DNA of 64,000 bases, taken from IMG/VR virus record IMGVR_UViG_3300042691_038938; one strand, 5' to 3'. The notes under the pieces are model-generated. The model had not been told where the DNA came from. It made no database searches and saw nothing but the letters and a program-made list of their open reading frames with translations. Positions 8,403 through 16,901 of the stretch are shown piece by piece. Numbering within the stretch: position 1 is the stretch's first letter; the number at the start of each line of letters is the position of its first letter. Made by a program: the position numbers and the translations under genes. Origin of the DNA: a virus (taxonomy: Duplodnaviria; Caudoviricetes).

Positions 8403-10309
8403 TTTCTAAAATCTAAAAAACTTTTGGCTCTACTAAAAAGAGATTTTTTCTCTTCAGGAGCTTTGCTTGCGTATTGTGAATAATATACAGGCTCTGCGGG
8501 TTTAGCTTCCTCTGCTGATTTTTCCTTTTCTCCTTCAGGAGAGGATGAGTTCTTCTCCTCCTCTTTCTTAAGATCATCAGCAATTGAATGCTCAATCTTA
8601 TCTCCTTCTGATCCTGGAGTAACGTTTCCTTTTTCTACCTCCGCCCAAAACGCGTCAAACTCTTCCATCACTGGCTCGTTCTTGAATTTGTCGTAAACTG
8701 CAGGTATAATTGCAGGTTGACCTAACATCTTAGCGTAATTGTTTTGATATTCAGTCATCTTATCGTAGACTTCCTTATCACTAGAATCTAACATTACTGA
8801 AGGTAGGTAAACTGCACCAGTCTCCTTCTTTTCCTTAGTGATGCGATCGTTTATCCAAGAGTTGAGAGCGGCATTACCGTGTCCCTCAACCTCAGACTTA
8901 GGCCAACCACTTGCATCCCATTCCTTCCCAGTCACGATCTTGTATATCTGTTTACCGATAAAGAACGGTAAAGCGGCTGACATGGTTTTTGTAGCTTTAG
9001 GTATGTTTTTAAAGTATGCTTTGAATCTGCTTCCAAACTTTGCGTTACTTCCTAGTCTAGCGACTCCCTTTTGATATTTCACGAATTCTGCTGGAGTCGT
9101 AAATAGCTTAGAGACATTAGACGCATCCTTTCCGTATCTAATCTCAACAAAACCTGATTTCACTAATTTTTCAGAAGATAACGCTCCAACTTTCTTGCCG
9201 GCATCATCGAATGCATAGATAACTTTACCGTCATTGCTCATCTTAAATGTGTTGCCGTTGACCATTCCTTTCTCTAACTTTTCAAGAGCCTCTTTAGTTA
9301 TCTGTGTATCGACTACTTTAAGTCCAGTACAAAAGTCTGACATCTTAGTTCCAAACTTAGTCAAGGCAGATGACATCCCATCCAATAAAGGTTTTAGGAG
9401 TGTCCCTAATCCTGGAATCCAGCGAACTACTTTTGATACTCCACCGATAAAGCTACCTAGAATCGTAAGAGCTTTGGATACTGCCCCTCCAATAAAACCA
9501 GCAACATTCTTTAGGAATTTCATCGCTGGGCCAGACTTCGCTGGTCCCATCTTAGCTACGGCTTGTGCGGCATCCGCAGTCTGACCTTTAGCTAACTTAA
9601 CGAAGATTGGGTTTGCTGCCTTTGCTGCACCCTTTCCAAGCTTAAGCATGTCTCCTCCTCCGACTACTACCGCCGCGATTAAGCTGATTGCTGCAAGAAG
9701 CCATTCTCCTCGAATCAAGTATATGATACCGTTTATGATATCAGCGGCGACTCCTACTCCTGGGATAATGAAATCTCCGACTACTCCGATGACATCCAAG
9801 ACAAAGTGAATTATTCCTATGACTGATCCTCCCTCAGTGATCGCGTTCCATAAACCCTTTAAGGTTCCCCAAAAGCCTCCGCCTGAATCTCCTGCGTATT
9901 CTCCTCCACCTAGTGCAGCATCAACCGATCCGCTCATTGCCGTAACTGGATCACCTAGCGCAACCGTTGATTCGCTGATGAGCGATCTCATGTAGGACTT
10001 GAAAGTCTCAATAGATTCAGTTATCTGAGGGGAGTTTGGAAATATCTTTCTAGCGGCCTCTAATATCTCATTGTGACCTCTATTCATGGACTTGTAATAG
10101 TTAGTAAGTCCTCCAGGTCTAAGTATCATGTCAAAGTGAAAGCCAAAAAGCTCACTTTCAGGTATGCTTCTTTCGATCGTTCCTATCGCGTATGACTCAT
10201 TAGTCACGTTATCAAGAGTCAGCCTTTGTGCGATAACTGGTCCTGCAGTATCAAAAAAATTATTTGCTAGAGCAAGCTTGTGTCTTTGATGATCGTTTAA
10301 TTGGATCAT
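8399..10309 (-). CDS. virion-associated protein with a pre-toxin-TG-like hydrophobic hairpin
   Basis: LDVIGVVGD..PGVGVAADIINGIIYLIRGEWLLAAISLIAA segment, then a G/A/K-rich amphipathic region. Confidence 0.55.
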   Translation of the reverse strand: MIQLNDHQRHKLALANNFFDTAGPVIAQRLTLDNVTNESYAIGTIERSIPESELFGFHFDMILRPGGLTNYYKSMNRGHNEILEAARKIFPNSPQITESIETFKSYMRSLISESTVALGDPVTAMSGSVDAALGGGEYAGDSGGGFWGTLKGLWNAITEGGSVIGIIHFVLDVIGVVGDFIIPGVGVAADIINGIIYLIRGEWLLAAISLIAAVVVGGGDMLKLGKGAAKAANPIFVKLAKGQTADAAQAVAKMGPAKSGPAMKFLKNVAGFIGGAVSKALTILGSFIGGVSKVVRWIPGLGTLLKPLLDGMSSALTKFGTKMSDFCTGLKVVDTQITKEALEKLEKGMVNGNTFKMSNDGKVIYAFDDAGKKVGALSSEKLVKSGFVEIRYGKDASNVSKLFTTPAEFVKYQKGVARLGSNAKFGSRFKAYFKNIPKATKTMSAALPFFIGKQIYKIVTGKEWDASGWPKSEVEGHGNAALNSWINDRITKEKKETGAVYLPSVMLDSSDKEVYDKMTEYQNNYAKMLGQPAIIPAVYDKFKNEPVMEEFDAFWAEVEKGNVTPGSEGDKIEHSIADDLKKEEEKNSSSPEGEKEKSAEEAKPAEPVYYSQYASKAPEEKKSLFSRAKSFLDFRK

Positions 10310-10331
10310 ATTTAGAGTATTTATTTCTTAT

Positions 10332-10339
10332 TATTTATC
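10332..10339 (-). promoter_or_regulatory. late promoter-like GATAAATA
   Basis: 23 nt upstream of the 10309 start. Confidence 0.6.
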
Positions 10340-11413
10340 TTATTTGAATACTTTTTTACATGAGCCGTCTGAATAAGTTACGATTAGGATCCCGCTAGAA
10401 TCTAATGAAACCTCCTGTCCAAGTAGATTAGTAACCTTAATTATTTTCTTTATTGATTTCCGATTGTCTATTGCAATGGGTCCAAATTCCTCGTATTTTC
10501 CGTCTAAATCAAATTGAGTAAGGACATAATAATTTATTTCTGGAGAATACGTTTTGTCTATGATTTGATAGGTAAGAGGAGTCGTGCTGTTCCCAGCTGC
10601 GCCGACCGTGCCGACTACCTCATATTTAGAAGTATCACCAGTCAATCTCTTTATCATATAGTAATCAGTGTTGTGTTCACTAGCTGTTTTCCATGTAATG
10701 GTGTTTGCCTCCTCAAAATTCTCTCCATCAAAGGATATGAGCTCAATAGGTAAGGAGATCGGCGCAATCTCGATAAGTTCAACGTTATCTATCCACCATT
10801 CTTCACCTGCTGAATTTATTCTACAGTAAATGTCGACCGCGACTTGAGTGATGCCAATCGGCAAGTTTAAAAGAATCGTCGATGGACTAGTTGAATTTGC
10901 TCCAGAAGCAGATTGATATACGTCTCCTGCAGGAGCAGCTGAATTAGTAAAAGATCCGTTGGCAGTATGAGTGATTGATCCAGTAGAAGTATACGTCCAT
11001 GTAGCATTACTGTTTCCAGTTATTCGTAGCTCTGTCGTATAATTCACTCCTCCGTTTGTTGAAACTTGAACTGATACGTAATCGGCTGCGTCGACTCCTC
11101 TAGTAGTAGCAGTTGAGTTGGAGAAAGTATATGAGGCAAGTTTAAACTTAAATTGATATTGATATGCTGAATTCAAACCTGTCACATTTGGCATAGAATA
11201 CCAGTCCTGTTCAATGGCCGATGATCCGTTACCTAACCCATAAATAACGGCGCTTTCAGTGGGAGTGACAGATGCATTAGTGTACCAGTTAGCAGTAGCA
11301 GCGGGAGTCCACCAGAGACCTGCCCAGTTCCAAGTTTCCATGTAATCGTAACGAATGACTGTTTGGGAATTTAAGCCTAAACTTATGATCAAGAATAGTA
11401 ATAAAAGTCGCAT
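10340..11413 (-). CDS. secreted protein with signal peptide and T9SS-type C-terminal domain
   Basis: MRLLLLFLIISLGLNS|Q signal peptide; LPIELISF..WKTASEHN Ig-like domain; VTNLLGQEV..GILIVTY..KKVFK C-terminus. Confidence 0.75.
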   Translation of the reverse strand: MRLLLLFLIISLGLNSQTVIRYDYMETWNWAGLWWTPAATANWYTNASVTPTESAVIYGLGNGSSAIEQDWYSMPNVTGLNSAYQYQFKFKLASYTFSNSTATTRGVDAADYVSVQVSTNGGVNYTTELRITGNSNATWTYTSTGSITHTANGSFTNSAAPAGDVYQSASGANSTSPSTILLNLPIGITQVAVDIYCRINSAGEEWWIDNVELIEIAPISLPIELISFDGENFEEANTITWKTASEHNTDYYMIKRLTGDTSKYEVVGTVGAAGNSTTPLTYQIIDKTYSPEINYYVLTQFDLDGKYEEFGPIAIDNRKSIKKIIKVTNLLGQEVSLDSSGILIVTYSDGSCKKVFK

Positions 11414-11451
11414 GATGGGCTGGTTATTTTAAAAGCTGGTGCTCTTAAAAT

Positions 11452-11459
11452 TATTTATT
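11452..11459 (-). promoter_or_regulatory. late promoter-like AATAAATA
   Basis: 39 nt upstream of the 11413 start. Confidence 0.45.
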
Positions 11460-11469
11460 GAGCCCGATC

Positions 11470-12540
11470 TTAATTTATGACTTTTTCATGTAAGCGGTCT
11501 ACATAATTAACATAGTTATCCACGAAGTGAACGTACGCTTGCTTCAAACCTGTGTCATCACACTCTTTCAAGTATTTATAGATCTCAATAAAATCATCTA
11601 AGTTATCAAAAGAAAAAGTCTTACATAAGAACTCAAACTTGTAGGATACTGGGATCATCCCAAAGATCATGGCTTCAAAGACTCTTGCCGGAATGAATTG
11701 AGCAGTATCATACTTGTCTTTAGTCACGTTTATCATTAAGGTTGAGATCTCGAGCATCTCCCATATGCCTGCTCTATCGTTTCTTGGAACGTGTGCTGCA
11801 GTTTTCTCATGGCCTGAATAATCTGATGCTTTACAGATCAAAGCTAATGTCGATCTTGCGTCGTTATTCGATTCAATCCAATCTATCACTTCGCCAAGAA
11901 TAGCATTCTTTGAGTTTCCTGCCTTGTACTTGGAAGTATCGATATTTCCATAAAAGACGCTCACATGACTAGAATAGTCCTTAGTCGCTAAGTTTATCTC
12001 AACACACTCCTTTAAGAACCTGTTAGATATTCCTGGAAAGTCTATCGATGGAACAGATATTGTGACTTTATGTGAAAATTTTTCAAAGAAGGAATCAGGT
12101 AGGGAGAGATCAGTGTCCAAGATGACGATCTGTTCTTTAGAGTATCCGCTATCAATTGCAGTCTGAATGATTATTTCAAAGTCTCTAGCGTCCTTCCATT
12201 TTTTAGCTAGAGTGGAAAGGTTTCTAAATCTAGCCTTTAAGAAAAGCTTAGAATATTTGATTGACTTAATATCCTCAACAACAGTTTCTATTCGATGAAT
12301 CGGAGAATCAAAGAGGTCAGCTCGATATCCAGCAAAAAGCCTACCTAATGGAGTGTCTGGGAAACCACTTAGTTTAGCCGACTTAATTACATCGTCTGGA
12401 TAATAACTGTAAAAATCGAATTTTTCACAATTAAAAGTCTCTTTTATTGAATCGACCAGCCCTATCTGATAGAGGCTGTGTCCGGGAGAATCAATGTCAT
12501 GTAGATCAAGTAGACCAAAATACGCGTATAATGCTTTCAT
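11470..12540 (-). CDS. GT-B glycosyltransferase, like T4 DNA beta-glucosyltransferase
   Basis: By-eye match to T4 BGT: ILDTDLSLP ~ LFTDIRLP; VFYGN ~ VIYGG; KDKYDTAQFIPARVFEAM ~ DKNYNDNFITLRVWETM; FDNLDDFIE ~ VNNRAELID. Length 356 aa. Confidence 0.65.
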   Translation of the reverse strand: MKALYAYFGLLDLHDIDSPGHSLYQIGLVDSIKETFNCEKFDFYSYYPDDVIKSAKLSGFPDTPLGRLFAGYRADLFDSPIHRIETVVEDIKSIKYSKLFLKARFRNLSTLAKKWKDARDFEIIIQTAIDSGYSKEQIVILDTDLSLPDSFFEKFSHKVTISVPSIDFPGISNRFLKECVEINLATKDYSSHVSVFYGNIDTSKYKAGNSKNAILGEVIDWIESNNDARSTLALICKASDYSGHEKTAAHVPRNDRAGIWEMLEISTLMINVTKDKYDTAQFIPARVFEAMIFGMIPVSYKFEFLCKTFSFDNLDDFIEIYKYLKECDDTGLKQAYVHFVDNYVNYVDRLHEKVIN

Positions 12541-12543
12541 ATC

Positions 12544-12969
12544 TTATTTTACTGGATTTTCAGCTTGGGTTCTGGCCCAAGCCAAGTATTTTGCTAGGAC
12601 TCCATCAGTTGGATTCACCTCAAGGTTGCCCTTCATAAAGATCTCCCATGAGTCCTGCGCATACTTGCCTATTCCATATAGTTCTTTAGGTTCTTGCCAA
12701 TTGAGTGTGAGCCAGTCACTTGAGAAGCGTTTGATGGTGTTTGTACGACGGTTCCTAAAGCCCAATGGCGCCAGGAGCTCAGCCATCTCATTAAGATCGG
12801 CTCTTTCCGCTTCTGACGGATCCGGATATCTCTTAAAGAATTCGTCTCTTACCCTGTCTACTTGCTTTCTGGAGGTACAGTTTAACATGATACAACAAAC
12901 GAGCACCCGCCATGGGTGCTCGTTGTAGATCTCTTGAAGAAGCAGGTAGGGGCTTACTTGCTTAATCAT
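12544..12969 (-). CDS. MBD4-like HhH DNA glycosylase (T/U:G mismatch)
   Basis: PWRVLVCCIMLNCTS, YP..., LLAPLG, ELYGIGKYAQDSW (catalytic Asp kept) and V.PTDGVL.KY..W are colinear with the MBD4 catalytic domain. Confidence 0.85.
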   Translation of the reverse strand: MIKQVSPYLLLQEIYNEHPWRVLVCCIMLNCTSRKQVDRVRDEFFKRYPDPSEAERADLNEMAELLAPLGFRNRRTNTIKRFSSDWLTLNWQEPKELYGIGKYAQDSWEIFMKGNLEVNPTDGVLAKYLAWARTQAENPVK

Positions 12970-13762
12970 TTTTGATCGCCACTACGTGAGTGATAAAATT
13001 CTTTCCATATTCCACTGCATCAATCTTTCTCACAACGTCAAAGTTGTTCTCAAGTATGGAAATTATCTCTTGAAACTTTTGTACGCGATTTGCTTTAAGA
13101 GGCTTGTACATGAAGTGATATTCAACGATAAAGACTCTGATATTTGACCAGTCAGTGACTGCCTTGATCAGTTCATACTCAGCACCCTCAACGTCCATCT
13201 TGATGGCAGTCGCTCCATGATTAGCGATAGCATCGTTAATGTTTATTGCAGGAAGGTGCATCACTTCCCTTCCTCTGATCGGAAGTATAGAGTGTTTTCC
13301 AGAATCAGTTGAGATGAAGAAGTCAATAGTCTCTTCATTTCCTGGGACTATTGCCTTTTGGACCACTTCACACTCTGCTCCAACGTTGTTGATCGCGATG
13401 TTCTCGATCGCAAAGGAAGCATTATGTGGCAACGCTTCATATGCTAAGATCTTTTTTATCCTAGGAAATTGCTTTGCCATTCTTACTGCAAAGAGTCCGA
13501 TATGGCCTCCAACGTCCAACCAAGTATCCTCTTGATTGAAGACTGCATTCACGTCCATTTCAGGACCGTATGCAGCTGAGGTTAGCGGCTTGATGTATTC
13601 CCCACTCTTTGGGCTCTTTGAGACATTCGTACTCACATTGTACTGTATCTCATTTAGCCCTTTTCTAATGTAGAACTGAAAGTCCGCGTATCTCGTCTTC
13701 CAATCAATGAGTTCTATTTGATTGAATTTTTGAGCTGTCTTAAAATCGATTCGAGTATCCAT
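12962..13762 (-). CDS. FkbM-family SAM-dependent methyltransferase
   Basis: WLDVGGHIGLF, AYEALPHN, IKMDVEGAEYELI. Confidence 0.88.
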   Translation of the reverse strand: MDTRIDFKTAQKFNQIELIDWKTRYADFQFYIRKGLNEIQYNVSTNVSKSPKSGEYIKPLTSAAYGPEMDVNAVFNQEDTWLDVGGHIGLFAVRMAKQFPRIKKILAYEALPHNASFAIENIAINNVGAECEVVQKAIVPGNEETIDFFISTDSGKHSILPIRGREVMHLPAININDAIANHGATAIKMDVEGAEYELIKAVTDWSNIRVFIVEYHFMYKPLKANRVQKFQEIISILENNFDVVRKIDAVEYGKNFITHVVAIKND

Positions 13763-13774
13763 TAACTAACTTTT

Positions 13775-14059
13775 CTATTTTTGTACTTCGTTAGTCGTTT
13801 TAGTTTCGAGTCTTCCTTTTTTTACCCTCTCAACTCTAAGAGTGCTTCCAGTAAGAACCGTTGCAATTTTGACGTTTTCTCGCTTTGAGATGTAACTTAA
13901 TGCCGCACGAATGTTAGTCGCTTCTTGCTTACCTGAGATTCCAGAAATCTCAAAGTAGTTGCCTAATTGCATCTTAGTTAAACGGTCTTTTAGGATTCGG
14001 TGACGAGAGTCTGTCCTTTTTGCCTTTTGAATCGGGCCGATCACAATTGAATTTTTCAT
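13775..14059 (-). CDS. small basic protein, possibly DNA-binding
   Basis: 94 aa, K/R-rich; first gene of the methyltransferase-glycosylase-glycosyltransferase operon. Confidence 0.6.
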   Translation of the reverse strand: MKNSIVIGPIQKAKRTDSRHRILKDRLTKMQLGNYFEISGISGKQEATNIRAALSYISKRENVKIATVLTGSTLRVERVKKGRLETKTTNEVQK

Positions 14060-14071
14060 AGAAAATAATTT

Positions 14072-14082
14072 ATTTTTGATTA
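14072..14082 (-). promoter_or_regulatory. TATAAT-type -10 element (early or middle promoter candidate)
   Basis: Minus strand TAGTATAATA in the AT-rich gap upstream of 14059; no late TAAATA motif here. Confidence 0.4.
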
Positions 14083-14124
14083 TTATACTACGAAAAAACC
14101 TAAATTAAAAATTTTACAATGATT

Positions 14125-14823
14125 TTATTTTTTGATCCTAACTGGCTTGAGCTCAGACTCTGCGAAAGATCTCTGGTCTGAACCTATTAGAACTAGATAT
14201 TCTCCATTACGATAAGAATAGATCTTTCCAATCGCGCGACCAGCTCTGACCATTTGTCCAACTTTAAATTTGCTCTTCTTCATGTGAGGAGTCAAAGACT
14301 CGTTAGTTGGTCTATTGAGAATCACCTTAATTGAAACATAACCTCCACCAAAGTCTTCCTTGATGATTCTAGGACGATTGAAGTAACCTCTTATGTATCT
14401 TAAATATAACTTTAACCTGCGGTCGTCATCATAGTCGGCCTTTGCTGGAACGAATGAGAATGATTCTATATCAGGATTATTATTAAGGTAATCTTTAACT
14501 ATGTCAATGACCGTCGACATCACAGTTAGCGGATTTCCATCATTGGTTACTGAATCCCTGTCGCCATTTGCATAGAACTCAACGTTCACGTCCTTTGCGT
14601 CAAATGTCCTAGTTAGTTTTACTAGATAGTCTGTGCTCGGATTGAGTGAAAATATATAGTCTGTCACCCGATCTCTCTCATCAACTAGTTCCCAATCCAT
14701 TGGGGTGATTGCGTGCCTAGGATCTCCAATCTCAAATATTTTAGAACCCCAAGATAGATCAAGAGACTCGCCTAATTGGGAGTCTCTTAAAAACTGATCA
14801 TATGTTAGTACTTTTCTTGTCAT
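14125..14823 (-). CDS. hypothetical head-associated protein
   Basis: ORF-track 14125..14889. Probable start is MTRKVLTYDQF at 14823, because the upstream interval is filled by a small lipoprotein ORF. Confidence 0.65.
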   Translation of the reverse strand: MTRKVLTYDQFLRDSQLGESLDLSWGSKIFEIGDPRHAITPMDWELVDERDRVTDYIFSLNPSTDYLVKLTRTFDAKDVNVEFYANGDRDSVTNDGNPLTVMSTVIDIVKDYLNNNPDIESFSFVPAKADYDDDRRLKLYLRYIRGYFNRPRIIKEDFGGGYVSIKVILNRPTNESLTPHMKKSKFKVGQMVRAGRAIGKIYSYRNGEYLVLIGSDQRSFAESELKPVRIKK

Positions 14824-14914
14824 TATCGATCTTGCCGTATGCATCGCACGTCGTTTGAGATGATTTGCAGCTAGCGAAACTAAGAACAATGATTATCGCT
14901 ATTAGCTTTTCCAC
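14798..14914 (-). CDS. 38-aa lipoprotein (not in ORF track)
   Basis: GTG start; MEKLIAIIIVLSFAS|CKSSQTTCDAYGKIDNDKKSTNI*: hydrophobic core with an FASC lipobox; fills the gap between two genes. Confidence 0.75.
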   Translation of the reverse strand: MEKLIAIIIVLSFASCKSSQTTCDAYGKIDNDKKSTNI

Positions 14915-16848
14915 GCCAGACCGCTATTTTTATGAATCAAATTCATCGATTGATCAATCGATTGTTTGTGGTATACCTGTGAAGTGTCCATAAATGATTG
15001 AGCGTATGTGTATACATCATTACTTGATCCCCAATAACCTGTATAGGTACGATTTATGGTAGCAAACATCTTCCAAGGGTTAACGTTTTTCGCTATTGCC
15101 ATAAAAGCTGCCTCAGCTGCCGCTTCGTCGTCACTAAAGTTACCATTTGCGTTATAGATAGTCTTAGCAATCACCGCAGGATCAGTGTAATTCTCAATAG
15201 CGTTATAATCGTAAGCTTCTGAGACAGGGTGACTTGTAGGATTACCTAAAATGTCTCTTTTGAATAAGTCAATTCCAACATAATCGTGCTTCAAAGAATT
15301 GATAGTAGACTCAACAGATTCTCTGATTCCTTCTAATTTCTTGATTGCTTCTGAATCTAGATCAGGATTTGAGATTGCTGCCTGTAACTTATCCATTACC
15401 GTACTTAATTTAGCGATGTCTACATTGATCTCGTTCTTCTTTGCTTCGATCTTTTTGTATGAATTGACAGTCTCATCGATCTTGCTCTGGAAGATGTTGC
15501 TAATGTCGTATTGAAACTTGTTCATGCAGAACTCATACAGCTCATATTCGTCCACTTTTTTCCAGTCTCTTTCTACTGCATTTAGTTTTTCACAGACATA
15601 GTATTCATCATTTAACTTGAGCACAGTTGCTTCGCTAAGTGTTCGGTCATTCGTAAGTTCCTTAATGAAATCAAAATTGAATAAGTTCTTAGTGTTCTCA
15701 AAAAGATTTACGACTCTTTGTTTTACAGTAGCATCCTCTAATGCAAGAGCTTCCATGATATTTATGCTTTCTAGACCGTCTACTTTAGATTCATTCAAAT
15801 ACAGGTCTAATTCCCTTTCATCGTTTGACTTAAAGCTGATGTTGAAGTTTCTGATAGAGCTAGAATCTACTCCAGTTCCATCCAAGTTCTTTTTGAATCC
15901 TAACGTAGCGAAAGACTCAGCAACGCTAAAGAATCTAGGAAACTTTTCTTTTACGTAGTTAGGATCCACTTCAGCGATCTTAAAGTTACCGTCAATGAAT
16001 ACTTGAGTCTCCTTTCCAGTAAGTCCCTTAGATTCACGGATTGAAACGAATCTATTGTCCATATAAACGATTAACCCGTCCTTTGCTTTAGTCGCAGGAG
16101 TGATCAGATTAGTTACCTTAGTAAAAGAGTCACCCTCACCTAGAGTAAAGTATCCCATTTTCTGAGATTCTAGGACTCTTAAGTCTGAGATCAATTGACT
16201 TACTAAAGGAACTGAAGTTCCGTACTTCAACTTAAGGATGTCTGAAGTATAAGACTCACTGATTAGTAAGTTTTTAAGATCTGCACTAACGCTTGCGTAG
16301 TTTTGATTCGGCATTGAATCCATAGAATAGATCGCATTCAAGAAAAGAATAGTCGATTTGTTCTCATTCAAATACCTTTTTACTTTGTTTACTTGAGCTT
16401 TAATTGTTGAATCGTAATTGTGCTGTGAAAAAAATGTAATAAAACTCTCACAAAGCGCAAAGTCAGGAGTTCCCATATCAAGTTGAGACTTAAACAAGTC
16501 TAGGTTTGTCTTGATTATTGGGTTTGATGCTGCATGCGATTTTTCGATTGCTGCGATCTTTCCAGAAAGGTTTACCTTCTTTGCGACCCCAGTCACTTGA
16601 GATTCAGGAGTCACCTCAGCTCTTCTAAATTGCTCTAAGATCACATCAAGATTCTTGTTCTTGATCTTAGCGTTTATTGAAGAGATTCCTGTCTTCAGGT
16701 TATTGTAAATGGCCGCCTCGCTTTCTCCTAAAGAAATTGATTTGTCGATTGATTCAGTCAACATTTTTACAAGCGGATCTGATTTAAGTCTACTGTTAGT
16801 CTTAAGTTCAGTAATTATCTTGTCTACGAAGCCTTTCATTTCGTGCAT
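14902..16848 (-). CDS. large helical protein, probably head or prohead-associated
   Basis: 648 aa, coiled-coil C-terminal part, several L/I-x-E-S sites; late promoter upstream. Confidence 0.6.
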   Translation of the reverse strand: MHEMKGFVDKIITELKTNSRLKSDPLVKMLTESIDKSISLGESEAAIYNNLKTGISSINAKIKNKNLDVILEQFRRAEVTPESQVTGVAKKVNLSGKIAAIEKSHAASNPIIKTNLDLFKSQLDMGTPDFALCESFITFFSQHNYDSTIKAQVNKVKRYLNENKSTILFLNAIYSMDSMPNQNYASVSADLKNLLISESYTSDILKLKYGTSVPLVSQLISDLRVLESQKMGYFTLGEGDSFTKVTNLITPATKAKDGLIVYMDNRFVSIRESKGLTGKETQVFIDGNFKIAEVDPNYVKEKFPRFFSVAESFATLGFKKNLDGTGVDSSSIRNFNISFKSNDERELDLYLNESKVDGLESINIMEALALEDATVKQRVVNLFENTKNLFNFDFIKELTNDRTLSEATVLKLNDEYYVCEKLNAVERDWKKVDEYELYEFCMNKFQYDISNIFQSKIDETVNSYKKIEAKKNEINVDIAKLSTVMDKLQAAISNPDLDSEAIKKLEGIRESVESTINSLKHDYVGIDLFKRDILGNPTSHPVSEAYDYNAIENYTDPAVIAKTIYNANGNFSDDEAAAEAAFMAIAKNVNPWKMFATINRTYTGYWGSSNDVYTYAQSFMDTSQVYHKQSIDQSMNLIHKNSGLAWKS

Positions 16849-16859
16849 ATTATTTTTTT

Positions 16860-16867
16860 TATTTATC
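16860..16867 (-). promoter_or_regulatory. late promoter-like GATAAATA
   Basis: 12 nt upstream of the 16848 start, in a non-coding gap. Confidence 0.6.
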
Positions 16868-16901
16868 TTAATAAATCGTCAATTCATTAACGTTTCTTAA
16901 T

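Noticed and set aside
11424-11447. AT-rich hairpin (TTTTAAGAGC-ACCA-GCTTTTAAAA) as a terminator for the glycosyltransferase operon
   Set aside because: Weak stem with only two G-C pairs and no following U-tract.
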